Source of the DNA: Selaginella moellendorffii
Lineage: Eukaryota; Plantae; Lycopodiophyta
Length of the DNA: 64,000 bases
Direction: 5' to 3'
NCBI RefSeq assembly: GCF_000143415.4
Contig: NW_003314293.1
Coordinates: 1,494,457-1,558,456, forward strand
In this document: piece after piece, positions 1-12,376 of the stretch
Position numbering within the stretch: position 1 is the stretch's first letter
Layout: every line of letters starts with the position of its first letter
Notes under the pieces: model-generated
Databases searched by the model: none
Told to the model about the DNA's origin: nothing
What the model saw: only the letters and a program-made list of their open reading frames with translations
Program-made: the position numbers and the translations under genes

Positions 1-13
1 ATTCCTCAGGACA

Positions 14-200
14 TTGTTTGGTCTATTTTCTCCACTGATCGTTCAAGATTCTGATCTACAAGAGCATCTTCACGCCATACAGGAACTCCATACTCTTGTT
101 TGCAAGCATCTCCATGCTGCCCAGGATTCCATGAAGGTTTTTGCGGACCAGCACAGAACTTTTCGAGCCTTTGTTGGGGACTGGATTTTGTACGGTTTCG
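14..200 (+). pseudogene. Ty3/gypsy integrase C-terminal fragment
   Basis: HLHAAQDSMKVFADQHRTFRAFVGDWI resembles the AQxxMKxxADxxR...FxVGDxV motif downstream of gypsy integrase cores; isolated and degenerate. Confidence 0.55.
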
Positions 201-290
201 GTTCGGTGGCCAATAATACTCTAGGGCACACATATTTAGGGGCCAATAAACCCTAACGAATATTCACAGACCTCTTCCTCTTCCTACAGC

Positions 291-1400
291 CTACAGTCTC
301 AATGGAGGACAGATCATTAAACCATCCAGCAGGGATTGTTGAGACTGGTGTACGGCAACTTCGTGGTCGCCAACTCCACTCTGGGCGTAGCCGGCCATCA
401 TCGCGTTCCGGGAAACAAGATTTCGCTCTGGCATGGCATCCAACAGCGCCCTGGCGCGGTCCAGATCCCCGCCCTGTGCGATCGCCACGGCAATCGTGGT
501 GAAGGAGATCACGTCGGGCTGCGGCATTCGATCGAAGACCTCTACAGCGGCGATCAAACCCCCGCTCGCTGTGTAGGCCTGGATCATCGCGTTCCAGGAG
601 ACGCAGTTCTTCTCTGGGATGCGATCCAAGAGATTCTTGGCCGAGGAGAGATCGCCGCTCTCGGCCGGCGCAATGGCCATGGCGTTCCAGGAAATGAGGC
701 TCCACGTCGGCATTCGCCAAAATACCGCCACTGCCGCCCCGATTCGATCGTTCCTGGCATAGCCAGAGATCATCGACGTCCAGGAGCTACAATCCCGCCC
801 AGGCGTCTTGGCCGTGAAAAGCGACGCTGCGGCATCCACATCCCCTTCCTGACAGCTCGCCTGGATCATCGCGTTCCAAGCCACAGCGCTCCTCTCCGGC
901 ATCGCCTGGATCCCTCCTCGATCTTGCCCCGCGCGACGTGACCCGTGACGATCAGCGTCCAGGAGATGAGATCCGTGAGCGGCATTCTGTCAAAGACATC
1001 TCTGGCCCGGCGTACGCTTGGATCAGGAGACAACGTTCTTGCCCGGGGTGCGATTAAACAAAACCGTAGCCTCGTCCAGGAATCCATGGCTAATGCAGGA
1101 CACGAGGCTCTTCCTGGGAATGGAATCAAAGAGATTTCTGGCTAACAAGATGCCCTGATCGGGCATATGCTGCAAACATGAGATTCCACGGCACGGTATC
1201 GCTGCTGGGCATCTTCCGAAAGAGGTCCCAGGCATCTTCCAGCCGGCCCAGGGTGATGTTCCAGGAAAAGAGATTCCTGTGCCAGCGCCGCCGAGGGCGC
1301 CATACATCTGGACAGCGACGAAGGTCTTGCGGATCCAGCCATTGCTGGAGACGTGGGTGTGGAGACTTCGCCAATGTGGCGGCATCCACGGAGGAGGGAC
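291..1400 (-). pseudogene. PLS-class pentatricopeptide repeat gene, frameshifted
   Basis: Repeated FDRMPxxxxVSWNAMIxAY motifs spread over several frames (ORFs 291-902, 866-1129, 1126-1389); motifs are partly deleted. Confidence 0.85.
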
Positions 1401-1539
1401 GCGGGCTTTCAATATACCGGGATTGGGCATATCCCTGGCATCTCTATGGCTTCAAAACTCGAGGCTCTACCTTGGAAGTATCAGCTGTCGTTGCGCGTCG
1501 ATTCCACCATTCTGATCGCCTTGCCAGAACGCACTGATC

Positions 1540-2200
1540 ACTGTGGCCAGAACCGCGAGTTTGAATTGTTTGCCGATGAAGATCCTTGCCATTGCGAGTC
1601 AGTCCCGATCATGCTGCTGCTGGCACTGCTGCAGGGGTCTTTGCTCGATCGGCGCTCTCGGCTCCATGACGCTGAAGCATCCCGGGAGCAAGGAGCTCAC
1701 CCTCACCTCCTCGCTGCCGGTGAGCATCGCCACAACTTTGGACATTGCTGGACGCTGTGATGCTGTCGCTTGGGTGCTTATAACTTGTTCGTCGTCGGCA
1801 TTGTCGGCTCTCTTGTCCAGGAGTTCTAGTAGCTTATCGCTATGGTACTGATAATTGACGCGAGTTAAAGAGCAAACACTTCGTAAATCTTTATACGTAC
1901 GTGATCGAGAAGATGGGTCATGTCTTCACTCGTGGTGTCCAGATTGGTTCTTCCGCTCACGATTTCTAGTACCAGAACTCCAAAGCTGTAGACATCTGCA
2001 GGCAGGCATCCCCTGAAAGAAGAAAGAAAAATCAGAGATGATCAGATCAAGCAATTTTGAGCTCTCACATTGTTCCTGCCACCCTCGTACTGATGATCTT
2101 CGAAGAGCCTTGCCAAACCAAAGTCCGCTATCTTTGCCACCAGAGCTTGATCCAAAAGTACATTGGTAGCTTTGATGTCTCGATGTCTCAAGTTGGTTTG
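1540..2200 (-). pseudogene. Receptor-like Ser/Thr kinase, C-terminal fragment
   Basis: [12 protein letters not shown]...[12 protein letters not shown] (~2100-2190), ADVYSFGVLVLEIVSGR (~1950-2000) and TQATASQRPAMSKVVAMLTG (~1715-1775); the activation loop/APE segment appears missing. Confidence 0.85.
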
Positions 2201-3064
2201 GAAATTCCTGTTACAAAGAAGCGTTAGCAAAGCCCGAATCAGAAAAACTGCTTACTTGAACTTTTCCTTGAGCTTGAGCTTCCATGTAAGGTTGCTGCCA
2301 TCCCAGCATTGTTATAAAGGTGAGACGTCGAAACGCAGCATCCTGGAGGAAGAGAGAGCGATCACAAATCAAACGTTTGGAAACGTTTTGACAAGTTCTA
2401 CCTTTAAGTTTGGAATGAAATCTCCGGAGCCTCTTCCCAGGAACCGAAAGCAGCAAAACTTGAGCAAGTTTCGTGCTTCGTTTTGCACAGAAACAGGAGC
2501 ATATCTTTCGAGAATTTTCTCTCATCCTCCTGCCTGTCACTCCATTCAATCTTTGGTTTTTCGCGGAGAAAGAGAGAAAAAACCGTCATAGAAATCTCAC
2601 AGATCGAACTAGAGCACTTACCGCGCATAGATCGCAGCACTAGAAAGCTCGCCTCTAGGCGTCTTACCGTCCACCATTTGCTCCATAACACTAAACGCAA
2701 GCCAGGAACTCATCCTGATCGACGAGACACATCCCTGTTCTTCGCTAGGTAGAAAGTGAATACTTACCTCCAGCCGTTGGAAAAATCATATAAATTAGCA
2801 TTATTGACCTAATCACTTCAGCTGAAAATCTCAAGCCGTTGGTGATTTATTCTGCGAAGAGAGGAAGGAAGAAATGTTGGAGGTGATCCTTAGTTCTGTA
2901 TACGACATGGTTGCCGGAAAGAAAATGCCGGACAAACAACAACAACAAAACCTCTCTTTTATTCTACTTCTGACTATGAAAACACAAGGATCATGACTCT
3001 TGATTTATTTCCTGTCAAAAGGAAAATCAAAAGACACATTTCATTTGAGCTAAAAGCACTTACC

Positions 3065-3850
3065 AGGCCTTTAACTTAATGAGCACCTTCTCCATGTTCG
3101 GATCAATCATAAACTTCACACCACATTCATGTGTATTTGTGATGCCATCGTACTGCAGCAAGGAAATAAAAAACTGACAAAGAAACAAACAAATGAAACA
3201 GACAAACCTGCAGAATCTGACATTCGTATGCCTGCTTTCCTTTTGGGAATAGCATGTTCATCTCAAACACCCACTCCCCACTCTCCTGAGTCATCTCTTT
3301 CTGCAAAGATATCCATTGCTGAGCCAAGGTACTGGGCCTGAAACAAGTAACTTTGTCTCCGCCTAAAATTGATCTTTCACTTGAACAGTAACATTTGTAA
3401 AGAAGGAAAAATCTTAGTAAGATTTGCAGAGAAAACTGAATAAATAACAACACTCACTGTGCTGATCAGTCTTAACCAAAAGATTTGTTTTCACCGAAAG
3501 AGGAGGGCGAGCTGGGGGTGACCTGAAGAAAATAAAAAATGAAAATGAACAAAATGAAAATGCCACAACTTACAAAATTGGGTCCTCCAACATGATATGC
3601 ATATTGAAAATGATCAGACCGGAAGATGCTTTTAGAAAAGCATCATTGTTTACTTCACCTCTTTCAATGAAGCCCTTTACAATGTTTTTGCTCTCATTTG
3701 CTTATCAATTGCAAAAATAATCAATCTAAAATTTGAAACACAAAAAAAATAAAAAATGTACTCAGATCAAGCTCACTCAAGATGTGATGCAATTCAGCAT
3801 ATCTCCTTGACTTCAGATGAGGCAGCACAAGTGGTTTAGCTCTAAGTTGA
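3065..3850 (-). other. Unidentified multi-exon gene remnant
   Basis: Short open segments bounded by YAG/GT sites (e.g. PSTLAQQWISLQKEMTQESGEWVFEMNMLFPKGKQAYECQILQ; YDGITNTHECGVKFMIDPNMEKVLIKLK); family not recognised. Confidence 0.3.
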
Positions 3851-4089
3851 TCAATGCTTATCTAAAAAAAAAATAAAAAATAAAAAATGAATCAGAATGA
3901 GAATGTTAACTTGCTTCTCCCAACTTTATTAATAGGCCCATCTCACCCAGCTTGAGAAAGGGTTCAAATTTGCCCTTTCTTTTGGCATTTTGTTGGGCAA
4001 TATCAAACTTGAGATATATATCACATAGTTTTTGAGAAAGATTGTTTTTGTTGTTTTTCAAGCTTTTAAATGGGCGTAAAAGTAACACA

Positions 4090-5658
4090 ATTTTATCCTC
4101 CTTAGTGGTATTTTCCAATCTAAAAATATGTGAGCATTAATAAAACATAAAGTTTTTAGATGAAAACTAATTAATTGCCAAGGGAAATCTTGAACTTTTT
4201 ATCCAAGCAATTGACCATAGTCTCAATACAATAGATTAAACACTAAAAATCAATAAAAGGCTTTAAGCTAAAAAAACAGTATCAAAAACAAAAGGAAAAA
4301 TATACCTTTCTAGGCTGTCTAGCTTTCTCATAGTCTTGTCCCATTAAGATGAGAAATTTTTAATTCTTGATAGCATCAACTTATATTGCAAATGTCATCG
4401 TTTTCCGTCATATAGATCTTGGTAAGCACCTCGCCAAACACTTTCTACCTTTCACCATACTAGAATATTTAGATTTTATCTAAAGAATATTTTAGGATTT
4501 CACAGGCTTTAGATAATCCCCTAAAAGCATCATCCAAATTCTGTCTAAGGAATATTCTAAGATTTTAGGAGCTTTAGATAATCCCCTAAAAGGATCAATT
4601 TAGGGCAGTGTGCAAAGAGGGTTTAGTGAGGTGTTTACCAAGATCCATGCAACTAAAAGCAATAGTGCTTGTGGTAAGTAAATATATTTCCTTCCAACTA
4701 ATGGCTTTTTTAATCAGGAGGTGAGTAATGGGTTTAAGGCTTAATATATTACATTTGAGTTATACCCCTGAATGAACATGAAGAAGGAAGACAAAAAAAT
4801 ATATTTTATCTCCTTGGATGAAGTGGCTGCAGATAAAATGTAATCCCTAATCAAATTAATGTACAAATCAATGCTACTAAGAATTGAAGATTTTTTATCT
4901 TAATAGAAGAAAGTGATAAAAAAGTTGAATAACCTAGAAAGGTATGTGTTTTTTTGTTGATTTTCCTTTTGTTTTTTATGTTGTTTTCTTAGTCTGAAGC
5001 TTTTTGTTAATTCTCAATGTTTAATTTATTATATCGAAACTGCAAAATTTATGGTTAATTGTCTGGACAGAAAGCTCAAAATCTTTCTCAGCAATCGATT
5101 AGTTTTCACTTCAGAAATCCATATTCTGTTAGTACTCACATATTTTCAAATTAGAAAATATCACTGAAGATAAAAAAACAAGTGGAAAACATGTGAGTTC
5201 TAACAAAATGTAGATTTTTTATATAAAAATTAACTGATTGCCAAAGAAAATCTTAAGTTTTTTGTTTAGATAATCAACCATGAATTTTGCAATTTCAATA
5301 CAATAGATTAAGCACTAAGAATTAACAAAAAGCTTCAGGCTAAGAAAATAATATAAAAAACAAGAGGAAAAACAACAAAAAACACATACCTTTCTAGGCT
5401 GTTCAACTTTATTAAAGAAATCTTTAATTCCCAATAACATTAGCTTATACACCAACTTTCACTAAAGTATAGCTTAAATGTAGCCCTAAACCCATTACTC
5501 ACCTCCTGAACAAGAAAGCCACAAGAAAGCAGTTAACTGGAAGGAAATATATTTGTATACCACAAGCACATCACCTTCAATTGCATGGATCTTAATAAGT
5601 GCCTCACCAAACTCTCTCCACACCAGGCTAAAAAGGATTATCTAAAGCCTGTGAAATG
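4090..5658. repeat. AT-rich three-arm foldback (forward/reverse/forward copies of a ~450-600 bp unit)
   Basis: ATTTCACAGGCTTTAGATAATCC (~4498) is the reverse complement of GGATTATCTAAAGCCTGTGAAAT (~5636-5658); CATACCTTTCTAGG (~5385) pairs with CCTAGAAAGGTATG (~4933); 4100-4450 is a direct copy of 5185-5610. Confidence 0.8.
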
Positions 5659-7220
5659 GAGCTTCATATGACCCCACTTATTCAGCTGAGGGCCACTATG
5701 ATAGCCAGGTACAGATGCTACCAGCCGTACCTGGTAGAGCTCGGCATGTCAATTTCATTCATTTGAAAGTGCAAAATCATTACATACTGCAGCATTGCTG
5801 AAATAAAAGTTTCGGAAGTGGCCTACGTTGATCTTCATCTTTCCATGGTGTTGGACATCTACAGTACATCCCAACCACTGTAAAAAACTGATCTTGCTCC
5901 CAAACAGTTACAGGAAACTTGGTGTACCTCAAGAGCCGTCAAATAGTCCACCAGATCGTTTTCAAAGTCTGATGCGCCCGTCTTACTTTTGAAAGGAAAA
6001 TCTTGCATCCACAGGCCTTGATTCTTGTTATTCCAATCGATATTGATGAGATTTGCAGTGTGCACAACAACCTGGACACCAGTTGGATAGACAAGTAGGG
6101 AATGGGGTGTTCCATATGCGATCCATAATCTCGGCTTGAAGAGGAGCCGGTTACTTGGCTTCACAGACTACAAGAAAAAAAAGGCATTAGACTAAAGGCA
6201 ATAGATAGAACAGCGTGAACCTGCAATTGTGAAACGTTGCTCTCTCCGTGAATCATCACCACTTGCAGGATCGTCCTCAAAAGCGGGCAAGCTGCGAATA
6301 AAAATTATTTGGAAGAAAAAAAACATTCAGTAGCTTTACCGGAGAGCAGCCACTCGATGTCCACCATATAGTTTGAGAGGATCGCAAACAAAAGAATCCT
6401 TATACGTAAGAACACCAAAGCACGAATCACCTTTATCACATCACAAATTCGCACGCACCCAGCGTTTGCCCAGTCGAGCAAGCCTTGAACACGCAGTAGC
6501 TGGAAACCACAAGGCATCGTCGCGCTGTGAAGCATTCTCGATCTCTCAGGCGCCAGCTCGTGTGTTCTTAGAGCCAGAGCAATCTCCACAGCCGCAGGAG
6601 CTTTGCGATCTTCTGCTGGTGTGAATCTCATCAGTCCCAAAACTCCACGTTTCGGCAATCCAACGAAACCTGTAGCGTGTGGCCATACAAACGAACATAC
6701 CTCGGTATCATCCTCGGCTGAGCTCACAAGTTGCTTGTTTCATGAACGAAGGTAGAAAAAAAGAGATAGATACCTGCTGCTGCAAAGCTCGGGCAAATGC
6801 TTCATCGTCCTCAATTTGCCTCTTTCGCTTGTTGGAAGCAAGCACATTGTCACTGTGGGATGCTACTGCCTTCCCTTTAAGAGAAGAACACAGCATAAAC
6901 TTGAAGAAACGATCTCCTGGGAGCATTTTGACAATGTCGCCAGTGGAGATTTGGACTGCGAGCTCAGGATAATCTTCGCACTGGAGCCAGATTTGATGCA
7001 GATTGAGCTCGACCCTGTCTGGCATGCCATTGATCGATCGGGAAAAGAACGAGACAAACAAAATGCCACTGAAATCTCCAATGCCGACGAAGAAACCTCA
7101 ACAACAAAACAAAATCGGTGCTCCTTCCGGCCCTCGCTGCAACCGACGGATCCTCCTCTCCATTCGCACGCAGCGGAAGCAGCAATCCGATTTGAGCCTG
7201 GCAGGCAGAGTGTAAACAAT
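5659..7220 (-). pseudogene. TDP1: Tyrosyl-DNA phosphodiesterase 1 fragment (N-terminal half)
   Basis: AILSNYMVDIEWLLS, LLVYPTGVQVVVHTANLINIDWNNKNQGLWMQDFP, FENDLVDYL and ASVPGYHSGPQLNKWGHMKL; the first catalytic HxK motif (GTHHSK) is damaged to GTPHS; truncated at the foldback. Confidence 0.85.
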
Positions 7221-7489
7221 CAAAACCGCCAGAAAGAACCAAGAACCCTAAGACCCGATGTAGCATCCTGGCCGTCCACAGGGTTCTTCCGGCTCTTCAA
7301 AGAATGTGGTGCCCTGGTCGAGCATGGTAGCTGCTTACGTGCAAAACACAAGAAGCATTCATGTGTTTAGGACTATGCCACTAAGGACTGATGCCTAACG
7401 AGGTGACTCTCAGCATTGTTTTAAGCCTGTGTAGCCAAAGTATGCCAGGGAGAACTTCATACTTTGTGACTGGAGATTTTGGAGGAGGC

Positions 7490-8250
7490 GCGAATGGATC
7501 AGACAGCCACCCGGACGTTTATCCAGAGAGCCTGTACACCTGGGAAAACTTTTTATGGGCTTCTGAGTTGTGGTACGTGAAAGTTAGCTTTCCGGATGGT
7601 AAAACCAGAACGTGTTACTGAACCATTCGGTATGGCTCGCTCCTCACTAGACTCACTTGTGCTCGCAGACCACCCCACACATTACTCGCTACAGCAAAAT
7701 CGATGCTGTTACGAACAGCTTAAAAGTTTATTCACTCCGCTCCTGCAAGGCCGGGATGCAGTGCTTCATCAGCTATGGAGCGCTTCCGAACATCGACTTG
7801 CTGTGTTTCTACGGTTTCGTTCTTGAGAACAATCCATTCGACACAATTCCTGTCGGTAAGACGACTCTTGTTCCTTTTCTTTCGCTGTTCTTATCAAAAT
7901 CTGGTACAGAGCTCGAGGTGCCCGAGTCTCCCGCGAAAGTAGCACTCATGGAACGCTACAACTTGGTGTCTCACATCTCGTTCGAGCTCCGTGGCTTTCG
8001 AAGAGCGCATTTGCGAAGGCCGGGCTCCACTGGCAGCACTTCGCATTGCACTTATGGAAGAGAGCGAGGCCCAAGAGTTTACTGGAAATCCCAGGCATGA
8101 AGAGGTACTGCTCTCCCGGCTTAGCAAAAGCTGCGCTCACTTTGTTACTTCACAGGTTAGTCTAGAGAACGAAAGCATGGTCGTCGAAACAATGATCTCA
8201 ACGCTCGAATCCTTGTCCGGCACAGAAGAAGACGAGCAAGAACGTTGTTG
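7490..8250 (+). pseudogene. Rubisco-LSMT/SETD3-like SET-domain methyltransferase fragment
   Basis: YTWENFLWASELWY...FPDGK and QCFISYGALPNIDLLCFYGFVLENNPFDTIPV; N-terminus absent, frameshifts present. Confidence 0.75.
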
Positions 8251-8652
8251 TTTTCGACTTGTTTCATTCCAAATCTTTCAGCTCGTCTTGGGACGTTTTA
8301 CTGGCAACTAAGTTCAAACTCTCCCAGGCAAAAATTTTCAAGAGGCTTCACGAGCATATTCGTTAAGCCAACTAAGATCACACCAGCATCGAATTTCCTC
8401 AAGGTAACTCAAGGTAGAAGCCAAACTTCTGACAACAAAGATAAAAGCTTTATATTTACAAAACCTCTTTCTTTGCCAGGAAGGCCTTCACTCCCTTCTT
8501 GAGATTGAAAGCTCTTTCTCTACGGCTCTCTCTCCCCGTTTTTCTCTACGATGGCTGATAGTAGTGTGTGCGTCTAGTGTACAGATCCTCGAGGCTTCAT
8601 TCCTAGCGGAGCGTGTTCTTTATGTACACTTGCTGGAGTTTCTGGCGATGGG

Positions 8653-10722
8653 CTAGAGTGGATCCTTGGCGTCAAAAATACTAAGTATGAATGGGAGCAT
8701 GGCTGCGAGCAATGCCCCGGGGCACTCCTCGGGTGGAAGATGGCCGCAGCCTGGTATAGTAATGAATTTCTGCAATGAAAACCACCACGTAAGAACTTGG
8801 AACGAAAAGGATGCAAAGAACTCACGGATTGAGGGAGCTTTGTAGCAAGCGACTGCGCAGCCTTTAACGGAACCAGCATGTCGTGCAAGCCTGCCACCAA
8901 AAGCGCTGGCAAATCTTCGACTGTTTGAAGCAACTCGGCGGCAGCTCTCGCGGTGCAGGCAACGGACGATCGTGTTACTTCTGCGAGTGCTTGATCCCAG
9001 CCTTCGACACGTAAAGGTGCCTGTTCAGCAAGAGAGAGAGAGAGTTAGAGACTTTCAAGAGTGGTGGGCTTTGCTTTGCACGGACCTTGTAAAGCTCGAG
9101 AACGTCCGCGGTAAGCTTAGACGCGTCATGCCACGCACGTCGATTGGTGACATGTCCGATCTCCGAGCGCAGCAGTGGTCTCAGCATTTGACGCCCAAGA
9201 GACGTGTGAAGAAGGATTCGTGTAAACGACGGTACAACCTCTCTGGAAAGGCTGACACCAACGAGCACAACTCCTTTAACAGCAACCTGGACAGCTCAAG
9301 CTCAGTGCCATCGTCTTAAATCGGGAAAAGAGAAAAAAACCAACCTTGTTCGTCTTGGACGCCTTGGCAGCTGCCATGAGAGCGAGAAGTCCTCCATCGT
9401 CGTGGCCAACAAGCACAACGGAACGGAGCAGGAGTCTGTCACAAAACGAGAACAGCAAGTCCACCTGTTTGGGAGAGAGTCAACACATAACATAAAATAG
9501 AAGCGAGTAAAGCGAAGTTACCTGGGACTTGAGTTCGTAAGGATTTGGGATACGTTTCTGCTGCCATTCACTCCTGCTCGGCCGCGAAGTCAACCCCCAT
9601 CCTGGTCTATCAAATGCAACGACAGTGGAACGCGTTTGTCTGGCGAGCGGGTTCATCACATGTCTCCACGAGAAAACACCTCCGCCGAAACCGTGGATCA
9701 AGATCACTCCATTCTTTCCATTGCCACTTTCGGCAGAGCCGCCACCAAGTATGTTGTCGCAGCCGCTTAAAACTTGCTCAACCGGATACCTTCCGGTTGA
9801 GCCGACGTCCTTCGGTGAAGTGTCATGCTCTCGGGGTCCCCTGCGTTGATAGTTGCCATGTCCTTCGACCAGCTTGTAATGAACAAGGACGTTGTTGCAA
9901 TCCATAAAGAGGCTGTCCGCATCGGCTAATGAGCTTGCTGGTAAATCACTTCCGCGTCTTTTGTGATACTTCCCGTCCAGTAGCTGAGACATCTTTGAAA
10001 GCTTCTTCAGGGACTTGAGATGCTTCTTGTCTACAGTAGCCTGTAGCAAATAACGAAGTTCCGAGGTCAAAGACTATGCTTTACGACCGTGCAAACTTAC
10101 AGCTTCCTCGTCTTCCCATCGAAACAGCAACTTGCGACTTGCTTGATACCGCGCTCGGTGTGCCATAATAATATGAGCAAGACCAAATGCCATCGAGGAC
10201 AAGAATAAAAAAGGCAAGGCCCATGAATTCCGCATGTGCTGCACTTCCTCGAGCACGGTTGGAGGCACCCCAAAACTAAACAAAGCAGCTTTTGCTGTTA
10301 AGAAGATGGCCGTAGATACACCGCAAATAACCGTGATTCCAAAATACGGCCTGTAGGAGCTCGGGCTGCTGCACAGGCTGTACGCACCTGAAGAGCAACA
10401 TATCTTCAGATTGTATCCAAAAAGATAGAATAAAAAAAAAAGAGGAAGAACACTTACAAATTATGATGACCGATCGGATGAGCGACAAGAGAGGGATATC
10501 AATCACCGAAGATCGAAAGCTGTAAGCCCTCCACTCCGACAGGGAGAATAAGCACGATGAGCAGCCGAGCATGGCGGAGAGCAGCAGCACAGTGATATCC
10601 GTGACTGAAACGAAAAGCGGCCCGGAAGAAACCATCAACGATCCCAGCATCGCCAGCATAAAAAACAGTGTCACGACTACTCTCCTGCCGCTTTCCATCA
10701 TACTACCCCGTCCTGAACCCAT
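8653..10722 (-). CDS. Membrane-anchored alpha/beta-hydrolase family protein (multi-exon)
   Basis: LIHGFGGGVFSWRHVM...AFDRPGWGLTSRP, VLVGHDDGGLLAL, GLHDMLVP and IPGCGHLPPEECP; N-terminal TM segments; canonical short introns; stop TAG at 8653-8655. Confidence 0.9.
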
Positions 10723-12376
10723 CCTGCTCTATACTTTTCCTCCTGCCTGGGTTCTCCGCCGTCTACACTACAGACCCTCTTGTAGTCTCTGAAGAACCAG
10801 AGCCGAATTTATCGTCCACTGCTTCCAGTGCATCATTGCGGGCACTTGAGATCCATGATACTGAGTACTACCACTCATAACTTTGCAGCGCCAGATATCA
10901 TTCCCACCCAAAGTCAATCACCTTATCGCGATGATCAACAGAAAAGCCGCCTCTACAAGTCCCTGTCTTCCATAAAATTCTCGCTTCAGACCTGTCCGGA
11001 GCTCTCACTGCCCAGGGAATTGTGTGAAAGCTCCCCCTTTCCAGTCAGTGAATCAATTGTCAATCATAAATTCGGGTCCCTGTACAACACCACACTCCAG
11101 TATGTGAGTGAGAGAGATAGCATAGAAGAGAGGAAAAGGGGGGAGCTCCCTCCCCAGCTCAGGCTCAAGCACACGAAATAAATTCGCTTCACATCAAACC
11201 ATTCTCCCAAGAAACACACCGCAGGACTAATCAATCAGTCGATTCCTTCCTCACGCAGGCAGGGATTCGATTTGAGAGGAGAAAGGAAAGGATATTTCGG
11301 GCCAAGAACGAGCGAACAAGGGATTCATCCTAGCTCAGCTACAACACCACGGCGATCCAGGCAGTCAATCACGCCAGGGAAGAAAGATCTACCTTGCAAG
11401 AATCGCAGCGCTCGAAAATTCTCCGCGGATCGCTAGCGCCTCTATCGCCGCGGGGCTGCTGTGAGAGCGCACGAAGCTCCGGTTCTCCCTCTCACCTAGG
11501 GCTTAGCTAGGAGGACACATGGCCATACACATGCCCATGGGGCGTTACGTGGCAGCACCTTGGCCGTCGGTTCGAGGGTCTGCGTGTGGAATCTGGACCA
11601 TTCCAACGACCACGTTGGCGTGGACTAGCCGTTGCGCCGGCGCCGGTTTAGTATGAACACACAGACAAAGAATCTTCAAATAAATTCAACGTTTTGATGC
11701 GCGACGTAAAAACCTTCTTTTTACTCCCGCGCGAGAAGCTTTGAACAGCGCCGGGAGTTTCCTCTCAAGTTTTAAGTTCCTCTTAGAAACTTCTTCTAGA
11801 TTTCCTGATCAATCCAAAAACGCTAAGATCATCTTACGCGCATTGAAAGCGTGGAGAGATTTCCTGTGACCCCACGAGACTTACCTCACGATTCTTCTTT
11901 CGAAAGGGAGAGCTCGATCACACTATTGATCACATCTTCTTACGCGCTCTCTCCTCAAGCTCTTTGCTACTTCGTTTTCGGTCGTATAGTGCTCGCGTCC
12001 CACCTGCGAGAAAAAGAAAGCGAAGAAAAGCTGAGACAAAGTCAAACTGTTTGGTGAAAGTTCGAGACAAGCTCTAGCTTTGCGAAAGCGAGAAACAAAA
12101 AAAAACGAGTAAAAATTACTCACCTTCTGTTTGGATAAGCCAGGAAAATCTCGTCCTGTGCTGGCCACTGTGTTTGGCTTTCATGCACATCTTTGCGGCA
12201 AGTGGCACCAAGCGTACCGCAGAGCTTGTCATCGTCGTCATGGATCTCAATCCTTCTCCTCCACCTCAAAAAGCGCCATTTTTCCTGTTTCCTTCCTTTC
12301 TTTTGTTCCCTGCTTTGAGATGATAAAACGCGTGTGCCTTCGCGTGGCACAGCCGCGAAGCTCCAAAACCCCGGCT

